A DNA stretch of 64,000 bases from positions 177,940,001 to 178,004,000 of the forward strand of contig OZ024740.1 in NCBI GenBank assembly GCA_964016885.1, in the 5' to 3' direction. This DNA comes from Eledone cirrhosa (lineage: Eukaryota). Below the pieces are notes generated by a model. It had not been told where the DNA came from. It worked only from the letters and a program-made list of their open reading frames with translations, and made no database searches. Shown here piece by piece: positions 55,204-63,594 of the stretch (position 1 is its first letter; every line of letters begins with the position of its first letter). The position numbers were made by a program, and so were the translations under genes.

Positions 55204-55649
55204 CATCATCATCACCGTTTTACATCCGTTCTTCCACGCTATGTTTTTTATTATTCTTCACGAGTTTAAATTCCAACCACATGTTTAATATATAGCTCTG
55301 TAATATCCTCTTCAGATTATTCTTTTACTACACAATTCTAACTTGCATAGTCACAATTTTCCATGGAAATCCATAATTTCCTAAATTGCTGTAAATCAAA
55401 TGAACTGTTACATTTTAAATTTCTAACTGTATGTTTCTTAACCCTTTCATTACCATACTTCCAATGGAAAACACTGCCTATGATTTTCAAATCATTTAAA
55501 AAATAATCAAGAAGCTGGAGGGATCTATTAATGGAGTGGGGAGAATGGGCTCCACCAAATTAAAAAAATGCCTAAGACATGCCATATTTTATGGTGATGC
55601 TCTTACCATTATTTGTACTGCCTCTCTATTTTTGTTTCCGTCCAAGTCT

Positions 55650-55687
<38 letters not shown>

Positions 55688-58600
55688 CATCATCATCACC
55701 GTTTTACGTCCGTTCTTCCATGCTGTTTTTTATTATTCTTCACCAGTTTAAATTCCAACCACATGTTTAATATATAGCTCTGTAATATCCTCTTCAGATT
55801 ATTCTTTTACTACACAATTCTAACTTGCATAGTCACATCAAGAGATGAAGAATGAAGGAAGGAAGGAAGGAAAAGGCCCTCCAACCCCATCAAATAAAAA
55901 TAAAAACTTCCAGAGTTACTCACATTTAGAATCTTCACCCCATACACATCGCCGGTTTTGTTCATAACAACGATTCATCCAAGCCAGCAGTATTCTCTCC
56001 CCCTCACAGTAAATATTGCTACACAGAGGATTCCTGTTGAGGGAGGGCATCTTTAGTTCTTTTTCCCCAATGCAAATAGATTTGAATGTCTTAGGAGTAA
56101 TTTTGGCTACAACAAAACACTAGAAAATAAATGGAGAAATATATAAATGATACAAATGCATGATAACATTAATATATGTGTGTGTTTGTGTACATATATG
56201 AGAAAAAGATGAGAGAGATTGGGGGAGACAAGAGAGGGAGAGATAGGGATAGAGAGGGGGGAGGGAGAGAGTGGGAGGAATAGAGAGTGGGAGGGAGAGA
56301 GAGTGGGAGACAAGAGAGGAAGAGAGAGTGCGAGACAAGAACGGGAGAGAAGGGGAGGCAAGAGAAGGAGAAAGAGAAACAAGAGACAAAGGTGAGAGGG
56401 TGAGAAGTGAGTGTTATATGTTTCCACTGTACTCAGATTTATAAGGCCCATTTTGAGGAAAGCAACTGAAGGAGAAATACTTTAGAGCTGAAACACTACT
56501 GATGCATCTGCATGAAAGACAACAGGACCATTTTTTTCTGAGATAAAAAAATGGTAAAATGGTAACCAGTGTTTCAACAGGCAAACAATAAGATTTCTAG
56601 CTAGCATTTTATATCCAGCTTCAAGCAACAGATATCAATTTTTCTGGAATGATATATCTACAATTTCTAACTTCAACTTCTGCAAACTTATAAATAGAGA
56701 AAAAAGAAAGGATGGTTTCTATTGATTTATACTCTACTATTATTTCACCTCCAGCTTTTTCATCAGCAATGCCAATCTTGCTGAGGTGATAAAGAATTTT
56801 ATGTTGTTTCACTAATGAAAGTGTTTTTAAGTGTGAACATTATAAAATACCATGTTTTATTTCTTCAAAGGCATTGCCTTGTGTTCTAAGTCATTTTAAA
56901 TTTTAATGTCATTAAAATTCTTTCAAAATTGCCTTGCAACTTAATTCACAAACGTATATTTATTTTTATTTATTTTAAATCACAATTTTGTAAACAAAAG
57001 TTTTGCAACTGTAGATTTTCAATGAACAGCCAACCACTAGGATAGTGCACTTACAACGGCAAAGGTAATAAGGGATTAATTGTCTAACTCAGACAGAACA
57101 CTATCACAAAGGATTTTAATACTAAAGCACCAGGTTATTGGTTTTCTTCCTGATGAACATCATAAAAAAATAACCCTAGACATCATCATTTTACGTCCAT
57201 TGTTCCACACTTTGATGGGTTGGATGGGTCCTTCTCAGTACAGCATCTCTCCATTTGTCACATTCCTTTGTCATCTCTTTCATGAGCTTTAGTGATCTGA
57301 GATCAACTCTCCCCACTTCCATCCATGTTTTCCTCTATTGTGGCTTGGACTTCTACATACTTTCCTTCTAAAGTCCATTCATAAGGTATTTATCAATGTG
57401 AGGTTATGGTCTAAGATAACTCAAGGCAATAGTAGATGACACTTGCACAAAACAACATACAGAAGGGTTGAACTCAGAACCAAGGGGATGCAAAGCAAAC
57501 TTGTTAATCACAGATCCAAGTCAGTGTCTTAAATATATATATTTTATAAAGGTTTCCAAACTTAAACTAATCCTTATTTTCTCTCTAAGACCAAATAATT
57601 AAAATATTTGCATCACAATCATGAGGTTCTGAGTTTGATCCTACTGTGTAGCATCTTGGGCATGTGTCTTTTACCACTTGGGTTGACCCAAGCCATATAA
57701 ATGAAAATGGAGAGATAGTAATTGTTTGTATGTCAACTGGATGGGTTTTACTCCTAATTCAAAAACCCAGCCTTTTCATACACTGAGTTATGCTGATGCT
57801 GATGGTGGTGATAACGTTGATGATGATGGTGATTACAATGATAGTGGTGGTAGTAATGATGTTGATGATGATGGCCATGATGATGGAGGGTCATTAAGAG
57901 AAATAAACAAAAAATAATGTAAGTGCTCAATCAGCAAACCTTTATAATCTGGAGAAGTACATCAAGCCATGACTTCTTAGAGACCAGCTCAAAGACATCT
58001 TTATCCTTCATGCATTCATCCTCATCAATGGAACCAATAACTTTCAAACTGGTCTTCTTAGTCTCATTCCATAAAGAGAAATCTGAATGAGTCATTAAAT
58101 ATTCTGGTTTGATTGATGCTACACAGCCTCCTTGGGATCTGAAACAACAATAAATGACAAGATGTATTTGATGAAGTTGATGTGTAATTAATCTGAAAAG
58201 AAAACATCTGTCCAACACACAATATCACTCATGATAACCACCAGACATAGGAAAACCATCTACTCAACCTTACCAAAGTGTTGTGGTGGGTCAATCTTCA
58301 CAATAACCTAAGCTGATATCTGGATCCATTACACATATGATAACAGCTGCTGCTGAACATTAACTCATAGATCAGCAATACATGGACACAAGTGTATAAC
58401 AGACAGTTTTATCATTTTGTATGCACCACAGACAGATTTAAACACTGGCAGCTAGAATATTCACTACCTTTGATAATAAATCTGGGATATCAGGGCTGAC
58501 CAGGGCCGAAACAACAACAAAAATACTAGAAAAATGAAAAAATAAAGCAATAAATCAAATGTCGTTCTGATGGCAGATTATGGAATAAGAATTCTGAGTA

Positions 58601-60995
58601 ACATGATCTTACTTTAAAAAGGTGAGCATGAGGTAATGTTGGTTATAAATCTGTTTGACACGCTCTGTTGGGTTAGCTGACAGAGTTGGAGTTGGTGCCA
58701 CTCCAGGCAACAGTTTCCCACTAAGATATTTTAGCATCTGATAGATAGTCTTTGATTCTTTCTTAACGGAATGTGCTTTTGGGGATTTCCTCTCCTCCAC
58801 TGTACCTACAGCACTGAAAAATATAATTATAATTAATTTTTTTTTTTATTCACCACAAAGGTTAACATCAAGAAAAGCATTAGGAGGGCATAGGATGCAA
58901 ACATAGAGTGTGTGTAAACAGATTTAACAATAGTAAAACAGAAATGTAACAATAAAAATTAAACAAAGGGAATTCCTCAATAGGGAGGAGACATTTGAGG
59001 GCTGCTCGTAGAAAAAATCCCATAAAACTATGGGTGTCCTGATCTCTAGGGCAATCGCTCTGTCTCAGTTAACCTCTTCCAATCTACAGGCCCATTCACT
59101 CAGGTTTTACTCGCCTTTTTCACCCACCTTGGAACAAACTGCTTAGAAGTCAGCACTTCCCTCTCTACTCTGATTTTTCTCTTCAGGTGAAACCTGAAAA
59201 AATTCATCAGGGCTTTGCTGAAGAGGAAAGTGCTGGTCTTCAACCCTTTCAAACATGTCCACTATACAACCTCTTTTTCCATGGCCACAAGACATACAGA
59301 AACAGCCAGCCTTTCATGACTAAAGGAAGCTATTGGGGCAATCTTCACAATGGACTCAGCTGATAGCCAGATTCATCCTACATGCGACAGCAGGTATTTG
59401 ACATAAACCCAGAGGTCAGCAATGCTCAGACAGTGGATGAGTGCATGCAGGATGGTTTCATCACCCTGCGCACATCTTGGACATGCTCGGTTTATGGTAC
59501 TTCCATGCCTGTAGAGTTTATCCCAAACTCGCAAAGTTCCCCTGTAGCACTGCTAGGCCAAGGATTTCTTGAAATTATCCATGGGCCCTGGACTGAAAGA
59601 CCTGAAAAGTGTGACTATATCTCAGTTTGACTGGGATGCACCTTAATAGATCTAGCTTTCACAGCAGTGGTTCATATGCCAGCACCTAGATCTTTGATGG
59701 GATACAAAAGAGTAATGAAAGGTGACTATTTACTCTGACCAAGTAAACTCTATGATCAATCCTATTGAAAGGTTTCAATTGATCCAAGTTGATTGGAGTC
59801 CCACCAAAGCCAGTTTTCTTACTCACCCTTTCAATGATGTATTGCACATGTTGTCATAGATAGATATGTTTGGAATCATGTAAGTAAGCATGTCCCTGGT
59901 CAAACTCTTGATGACAAGTGTCAACCTCTTTATTTGCTAACACATGTCTACCAAACAATTTCCTTTGGCATAGTCATGTGACAGAGGAAGATTACCTACT
60001 CTTTCTTATCAAAGGAGTTTAATAGTTTGATCCTCACAACTGACACATCTCATAGCCAGATCTGTAGTACATGCAATAGCACTTGTTCAACATAAACTCA
60101 CAAATCAGCAATATATGAACACTGAATAAGTGCATACCAGATGTTTACATTATCCTGCATATATCTTCAACGGGTTGAATTGCAGGCAGTTACAGCATAG
60201 TCGCAACTGTAGAGTTTGTCTCAAAAGAGCAGTGCTAGATTAAGGACTTTCTGAAATTATCGTTTTTCTGAATCTTTTGCTAATTATGCAAGTTCTACAT
60301 GACTTTTTAGTGAACAATTGTGAACTTCATACATTTCTGAGAGGAGATAGATTCTCATTCATATGTATGACTATATTATACAATGTTATGCTCCATTTTT
60401 TGAAGATGGCAGAATGTGATTTAAAGGTGATTTGGCTACCATTTTTATTAGGTTTAGTGATCACATTGAGTATTCTTTTTCTTTCATTCTTTTGATGTAT
60501 AGCTTCAACTAAGTTATAAATAACAACTTAAATAAAACTGCTGAATCTGATGGAATAGGAGACCCACATTTTCTTGTATTATCAAAAGTGGCTAAAAACA
60601 TATCAATTAGGTGATATCATCTATATGTAATTACATAAAAATAAATGTTTGTTTTCTTTTATTATTCCCTGCTGAAATAGGAGTGGATGGGATAGGGTTC
60701 TTATATGTTAACAAATATGGTAATTAATGAAGTAATTATCCGTTAGTTAAAACTTACCTTCGGAAAGTATGAGGGATTGTGGCTGAAAATGTTCCTCCAG
60801 GCCAACCATTGGCTGAAAACCATCTCTGCACAGCAGAGAGAATGGAAATATGAAAAGGACCGATGTTTCTATCAAATTCAGGGAAAACATTACTTTCATT
60901 TTTGCCCATATCTTGCAACTTGCTCAAGGCACTTTCCTCTGATGGTGAAGATACATACTCCCCTCGTTCAAAACCTCCATTGCTATATTTTGGAC
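8810..60995 (-). CDS. CFAP47: CFAP47-like multi-exon gene, internal part (19 exons, 2929 nt, about 976 aa); continues beyond both window ends
   Basis: Nineteen GT-AG exons join in phase with no stops. Peptides such as [71 protein letters not shown] and [14 protein letters not shown] match, in the same order, my recollection of vertebrate CFAP47 (not searched). Confidence 0.9.
9130..9435 (+). mobile_element. Degenerate SINE or RTE 3' UTR with CTGTAAAGTGG modules
   Basis: Repeated ACACTGTAAAGTGG and GGTGCCATG units, ending in GCCAGCATGGAAAAC. Confidence 0.6.
9450..9750 (-). mobile_element. CR1 3' fragment with (ATT)n tail
   Basis: Close match to 35097-35360 ([10 protein letters not shown]). 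Confidence 0.88.
10133..10552 (+). mobile_element. Two tandem tRNA-derived SINEs (10133-10322 and 10371-10552)
   Basis: Same A/B boxes and core as 286-672. Confidence 0.88.
11209..11263 (-). CDS. CFAP47: CFAP47 small exon ([18 protein letters not shown])
   Basis: taacag / gtaagt; 55 nt; phase 2 to 0, exactly bridging its neighbours. Confidence 0.83.
11847..12743 (+). mobile_element. 5'-truncated RTE LINE (subfamily A) in (TA)n
   Basis: [12 protein letters not shown] and GRPRKTW; 3' UTR like 49684-50067; (GAT)n tail; TA tracts on both sides. Confidence 0.9.
14052..14167 (-). CDS. CFAP47: CFAP47 exon ([10 protein letters not shown]...[15 protein letters not shown])
   Basis: ttgcag / gtaaga; 116 nt; phase 0 to 2. 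Confidence 0.85.
14636..15085 (-). mobile_element. 5'-truncated RTE LINE (subfamily B-like)
   Basis: [12 protein letters not shown]; terminal CCCTTGCAAGCAAGG hairpin as at 63537-63551. Confidence 0.85.
15365..15508 (-). CDS. CFAP47: CFAP47 exon ([16 protein letters not shown]...[14 protein letters not shown])
   Basis: tttcag / gtaagg; 144 nt; phase 0 to 0. Confidence 0.88.
16020..16602 (+). mobile_element. Degenerate RTE 3' fragment
   Basis: [15 protein letters not shown] and (GAT)n tail. Confidence 0.8.
16730..16858 (-). CDS. CFAP47: CFAP47 exon ([16 protein letters not shown]...VQEIPI)
   Basis: ccacag / gtaagt; 129 nt; phase 0 to 0. Confidence 0.88.
17043..22827. mobile_element. piggyBac-type MITE split by Tx1 copy 2 (arms 17043-17159 and 22720-22827)
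   Basis: TTAA at 17039-17042 and 22828-22831; TIRs CCTTTTAGCATTTA / TAAATGCTAATGGG (12 of 14 match). Confidence 0.75.
17160..22719 (-). mobile_element. Full-length, decayed Tx1-clade LINE (copy 2, different family)
   Basis: 16-bp TSD TCTCAAAATAGATAAT (17144-17159 and 22720-22735); ORF1 from ATG 22503; ORF2 from ATG 20778 with APE, RT and zf-RVT; frameshifts. Confidence 0.93.
23395..23550 (-). mobile_element. tRNA-derived SINE copy (a degenerate sister lies at about 23175-23365)
   Basis: Reverse-complement core and B box. Confidence 0.8.
23606..23688 (-). CDS. CFAP47: CFAP47 exon ([27 protein letters not shown])
   Basis: gaacag / gtaaga; 83 nt; phase 1 to 0. Confidence 0.82.
26772..26865 (-). 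CDS. CFAP47: CFAP47 exon ([31 protein letters not shown])
   Basis: caatag / gtatgt; 94 nt; phase 0 to 1. Confidence 0.82.
27060..28296 (-). mobile_element. Older RTE-clade LINE with an inverted 5' segment (about 27858-28296 on plus)
   Basis: Minus strand: [19 protein letters not shown]. Plus strand: TYWFNQEVK...GEDEIRPEM. Confidence 0.8.
28407..28532 (-). CDS. CFAP47: CFAP47 exon ([20 protein letters not shown]...WHS)
   Basis: attcag / gtaagt; 126 nt; phase 0 to 0. Confidence 0.88.
28581..28920 (-). mobile_element. Two tRNA-derived SINE copies (28581-28802 and 28810-28920)
   Basis: Reverse-complement cores; the second is 5'-truncated. Confidence 0.8.
28920..29280 (+). mobile_element. R4/Dong-like RLE non-LTR element, 3' fragment
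   Basis: [36 protein letters not shown]: restriction-like endonuclease C-terminus. Confidence 0.7.
30035..30340 (-). mobile_element. R4/Dong-like RLE 3' fragment
   Basis: [42 protein letters not shown]. Confidence 0.7.
30445..31065 (-). mobile_element. Older RTE-clade LINE 3' fragment
   Basis: [35 protein letters not shown]. Confidence 0.8.
31240..31670 (+). mobile_element. CRE-clade-like RLE non-LTR 3' fragment
   Basis: [27 protein letters not shown], then [11 protein letters not shown]; resembles the CRE endonuclease motif DGKRPDG...PW..G..L.WD...QRGNA. Confidence 0.7.
32345..32765 (-). mobile_element. R4/Dong-like fragment (CCHC region)
   Basis: [22 protein letters not shown]....ETVWHI, degenerate. 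Confidence 0.6.
32805..33100 (+). mobile_element. Very short Tx1 3' end with (ATT)n tail
   Basis: [12 protein letters not shown] resembles the ORF2 end of copy 1; ends in CCTTGTGGCCAATAAA. Confidence 0.7.
33255..33421 (-). CDS. CFAP47: CFAP47 exon (ESKPYFG...VYWKCEV...[14 protein letters not shown])
   Basis: ttccag / gtatgt; 167 nt; phase 1 to 0. Confidence 0.87.
33560..34822 (-). mobile_element. 5'-truncated RTE LINE (PHD-bearing lineage), older
   Basis: [21 protein letters not shown]; 3' UTR modules at 33615-33765. Confidence 0.88.
35097..39040 (-). mobile_element. Near full-length, decayed CR1-clade LINE
   Basis: APE 37359-37985 (LNAHSL, VTETW, GDFN, GNSDH); RT 35585-36757 ([31 protein letters not shown]); [10 protein letters not shown]; (ATT)n tail; ORF1 remnants 38011-39045. 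The 5' boundary is uncertain. Confidence 0.9.
39150..41000 (-). mobile_element. Highly decayed Penelope-like element ORF (RT to Cys-rich linker), interrupted by a SINE
   Basis: Broken motifs on minus: [46 protein letters not shown]; these resemble PLE RKRNIIWFNPPF and CNCR...CPL.G.C. Confidence 0.5.
40092..40282 (+). mobile_element. tRNA-derived SINE copy
   Basis: Full A/B boxes, core and tail. Confidence 0.88.
41110..41337 (-). CDS. CFAP47: CFAP47 exon (KRDKVFKSF...FLPFFMG...IGDIVYEI...PDR)
   Basis: taatag / gtaaga; 228 nt; phase 1 to 1. Confidence 0.87.
41461..41650 (-). CDS. CFAP47: CFAP47 exon ([11 protein letters not shown]...[11 protein letters not shown]...VVSP)
   Basis: ttgcag / gtagga; 190 nt; phase 0 to 1. 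Confidence 0.82.
42436..42905 (+). repeat. Purine-rich compound repeat (GAGGCGGAGGGAGAGA-type units)
   Basis: About 470 bp of almost pure G/A in recurring 15-16 nt units. Confidence 0.95.
43036..43299 (-). CDS. CFAP47: CFAP47 exon ([13 protein letters not shown]...TQVTPL), Ig-like/ASH-type repeat
   Basis: ttgtag / gtaaga; 264 nt; phase 0 to 0. Confidence 0.88.
43435..43890 (-). mobile_element. Old LINE RT fragment, clade uncertain
   Basis: [13 protein letters not shown]...[16 protein letters not shown]. Confidence 0.65.
44182..44316 (-). CDS. CFAP47: CFAP47 exon ([16 protein letters not shown]...LHEPITKM)
   Basis: ccacag / gtaagc; 135 nt; phase 0 to 0. Confidence 0.9.
44430..45112 (+). mobile_element. 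RTE/BovB-like 3' fragment with C2H2 fingers
   Basis: [20 protein letters not shown], then [21 protein letters not shown] and QCGKVC..KQHMKVH. Confidence 0.7.
45284..45400 (-). CDS. CFAP47: CFAP47 exon (VPNYIGKV...LGIEYNIQ)
   Basis: ttgcag / gtagga; 117 nt; phase 0 to 0. Confidence 0.88.
46156..46253 (-). CDS. CFAP47: CFAP47 exon ([32 protein letters not shown])
   Basis: ttgtag / gtaatg; 98 nt; phase 1 to 0; CH-domain core motif DLKDG. Confidence 0.9.
46662..47010. repeat. Perfect 150-bp inverted repeat with a 49-bp spacer, in a probable Penelope-like pLTR (about 46570-47010)
   Basis: 46662-46811 is the reverse complement of 46861-47010; TA-rich flanks. Confidence 0.9.
46902..46967 (+). ncRNA. 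Minimal type-I hammerhead-like motif (mirror copy 46705-46770 on minus); triplet AUG, so probably inactive
   Basis: UAUUUUGU-CUGAGGA-[AGG..CAUAUU-guu-AAUAUG..CCU]-GAAA-UAUAUA-U-G-AUGAAAUA. Confidence 0.6.
47038..47615 (-). mobile_element. 5'-truncated RTE subfamily B, nearly identical to 63015-63594
   Basis: Only a few differences by eye; ORF ends TLASREKRT* directly before the (GAT)n tail. Confidence 0.93.
47623..50067 (+). mobile_element. 5'-truncated RTE subfamily A (RT, PHD, 3' UTR)
   Basis: [26 protein letters not shown]; one frameshift near 49243; (GAT)n tail. Confidence 0.95.
50161..54170 (-). mobile_element. Apparently full-length young RTE subfamily A (APE-RT-PHD single ORF, 53780 to 50549)
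   Basis: [36 protein letters not shown], then RT. Only two lesions: an in-frame TGA at 51864-51866 and an extra T near 51220. TA tracts on both sides. Confidence 0.95.
54171..54445. repeat. (TA)n/(TATACA)n microsatellite holding a ~45-bp RTE-B terminal fragment (54303-54349)
   Basis: Seen directly. Confidence 0.9.
54445..55157 (-). mobile_element. 5'-truncated RTE subfamily A
   Basis: [15 protein letters not shown]...; 3' UTR with an internal deletion. Confidence 0.9.
55173..55837 (+). repeat. Direct duplication of about 180 bp (55173-55355 and 55654-55837)
   Basis: (TA)n, RTE tail stub and unique sequence ending TTGCATAGTCACA, all repeated. Confidence 0.88.
55924..56119 (-). CDS. CFAP47: CFAP47 exon (CFVVAKIT...[19 protein letters not shown]...)
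   Basis: ttctag / gtgagt; 196 nt; phase 0 to 1; start of the CH-like domain. Confidence 0.9.
56205..56405 (+). repeat. GA-rich low-complexity tract
   Basis: Seen directly; reads CU-rich on the CFAP47 transcript, upstream of the 56119 acceptor. Confidence 0.9.
57940..58138 (-). CDS. CFAP47: CFAP47 exon ([14 protein letters not shown]...[13 protein letters not shown])
   Basis: tttcag / gtttgc; 199 nt; phase 2 to 0. Confidence 0.88.
58613..58813 (-). CDS. CFAP47: CFAP47 exon (AVGTVEE...[17 protein letters not shown]...HYLMLTFL)
   Basis: tttcag / gtaaga; 201 nt; phase 2 to 2. Confidence 0.88.
58836..59945 (-). mobile_element. Degenerate Tx1 3' fragments (a smaller remnant lies at about 58200-58430)
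   Basis: Similar to 1420-2200 and 3280-3470; GTGGTGAATAAA followed by a poly(A) tail. Confidence 0.8.
60758..60995 (-). CDS. CFAP47: CFAP47 exon (PKYSNGG...[23 protein letters not shown])
   Basis: ttctaag acceptor, gtaagt donor; 238 nt; phase 1 to 2. Confidence 0.85.
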
Positions 60996-61485
60996 CTTAG
61001 AAATGATTAAGAAAACAAAGAGAAATATTTTCAGTTAATGTTAAAATCCCCTAACAAGAACATGTTATCAAACACAATCTTTTTAAGGTATAGACATAGC
61101 GGTGTGAGTAAAATAGGAACAGTGCTTGATATTTCAGGGAAGAGATTAAACTGACCCCAGTACATAACTGCTACTTCATTTTAATGACTCTGGAGGGATA
61201 GCGTGCTGAATGACTTCATATAGGAGTCTTCTTTAATCAGAAGAGGAAGAGAATGTTTAAATTGATGTGTCTGGTACCCAGACTAAACGTCTGCATCTTC
61301 TGCAGTACTATCATTTAAAACATAAAATATGCATTTGCCTATCACATAACCTCAAAGCCCTCCCCCAACTCACACACTACAGCTGATCCTTCTGGTACTT
61401 TGCCAAAAGGATCTTTGTTGACTTTGCAGCCTCCACATACCCTCTACTCATCAATCATGGTTCTGTAAACAGTTACTTTTCATAC

Positions 61486-61544
61486 CTTCTTTGTATACAA
61501 TAATTTGATGGAGGCGAGGCTCAGTAGTTAAGAAGTTTATGAAC
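61486..61544 (-). CDS. CFAP47: Tentative CFAP47 exon (FINFLTTEPRLHQIIVYKE)
   Basis: tttctag acceptor and AAG|gtatga donor; open frame; phase-1 end fits the next exon; weak pyrimidine tract and only loose similarity. Confidence 0.45.
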
Positions 61545-61577
61545 CTAGAAATTATTTAGGATGATATATATATATTA

Positions 61578-63594
61578 TTGTTGCCAGGTGTACTAGACGT
61601 CAGGTGTACTTAGCACGCAGGGAGGCAGAGAGTAGGAGGTTTGCCAATGTTCTGCGACGGGAAGGTCAGAGGCGTGCGGTGTTCCACATTGGAAGGCAGT
61701 GTGTCAATGCAAATCAGGATGTTGTTGGTGATAAATGTGTCCGGGATGATGCCGGTGTACTTAGTGTCACGAATGACCAGAAAAAGGAGGCCTGGAAATG
61801 TCATTATGAGAGACTGATGAATGTGGAGAACGAATGGGAGAGAGAGAAATTACCCTTGGTAGATCCGACAGAGGGACCAGCTATTGAGATTGACGAATAT
61901 AGGGTCCAAGAGGCGATTAGGGAAATGAAAAATGGTAAGGCGGCCGGACCATCGGGAATAGTTGCTGAGATGCTGAAGGCATCAGGGGACGTAGGCACTA
62001 AACTGGTTGCACGCATAATCAATCAGGCTATATATGGTGGTGTCATACCCAAAGACTGGTGCAGCAGTATTCTCATAAATTGCTACAAAGGTAAAGGGGA
62101 TGCTTTGGAGAGGAGCAATTATAGGGGTATAAAACTGATAGATCAGGTTATGAAAGTGGCAGAAAGGATTTTAGCACAACTAATTAGAGAAAGGGTCAAA
62201 CTAGATGAGATGCAGTTTGGTTTTGTGCCTGGGAAGAGTACAACAGATGCCCTCTTCTTGGTGAGACAAATGCAAGAGAGGTTCTTAGAGAAGAATAAGC
62301 CACTATACTTAGCCTTTGTTGACCTAGAGAAGGCCTTTGATAGGGTACCCCGATCTGTCATCTGGTGGTCCCTAAGGAAGCTGGGTGTTGAGGAACGGCT
62401 TGTAAGGACAGTGCAAACTTTGTACAGAGGTACTCTCAGTAAAGTCAGGGTAGGAATGGAGTTTAGTGAGGAATTCTAGATACAAGTAGGAGTACATCAG
62501 GGTTCGGTCCTCAGCCCGCTCTTGTTCATTATAGTCCTCCAAGCCATAACAGAGGAGTTTAAGACTGGCTGTCCATGGGAACTTCTCTATGCTGACGATC
62601 TGGCTCTTATGGCAGAATCAGTAGAGGAGCTAGAGAATAAATTCCGGCTATGGAAACAGCAGTTGGAAGCCAGAGGACTGAGAGTAAATCTAGCTAAGAC
62701 AAAAGTGTTGATGAGTAGAAAAGAGGACAAAACCCTGATTCCGTCAGGGAAATGGCCATGTTCGATATGCAGAAAAGGAACTGGCATAAATTCTATAAAA
62801 TGCACACAATGTAGGTCCTGGGTACACAAGAGATGTAGCGGGATAGCAGGCAAACTAACAGGTAGGGAGAAATATGTATGCAGTAGATGTACAGGGAAAT
62901 TAGACAGTAGAAGTCGCACTGATAGACACATTTTTCAAATGCGAGAGGGCGCTATAGAAGTGGTGGATAGCTTCCGGTACCTAGGAGATCAGATTAGTAT
63001 GGGAGGAGGGTGTTCCGAGGCCATAGTATCTAGAATAAGGACGGGTTGGAAGAAGTTTAGGGAGCTGCTTCCTCTGTTGACGAAGAAGGGTTTCTCCCTG
63101 CGTACGAAAGGCCGGTTGTATGATGCCTGTGTGAGGAGCGCGATGCTGCATGGTAGTGAGACATGGGCAGCAACCGCAGAGGATATGCGACGGCTGGAGA
63201 GAAATGAGGCAAGCATGCTCCGTTGGATGTGCAGTGTAAATGTGCGTGAACGACCCAGCATAAATGTGTTGAGAGAGAAACTGTGTCTGAGAGGGATAGA
63301 ATATAGTGTACGGGAGAGGAGACTGAGGTGGTATGGACATGTGATGCGCATGGAGGATGACCGATGGGTGAAGAAGTGCCAGGAAATGCCAGTTGAAGGA
63401 AGACGTGGTAGAGGTAGACCACGAAAAACATGGGCGGAGGTGGTGAGAACAGACCTCAGATCATTGAAGCTCACGGTGGAGATGACGAGGGACCGTGACG
63501 AGTGGAGAGATGCTGTGCTGAATAAGACCCGTCCCACCCTTGCAAGCAGGGAAAAGCGGACGTAAAATGATGATGATGATGATGATGATGATGA
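61578..63594 (+). mobile_element. 5'-truncated young RTE subfamily B (RT plus PHD)
   Basis: Continuous frame 61604-63565 except one TAG at 62477-62479; (GAT)n tail. Confidence 0.95.
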
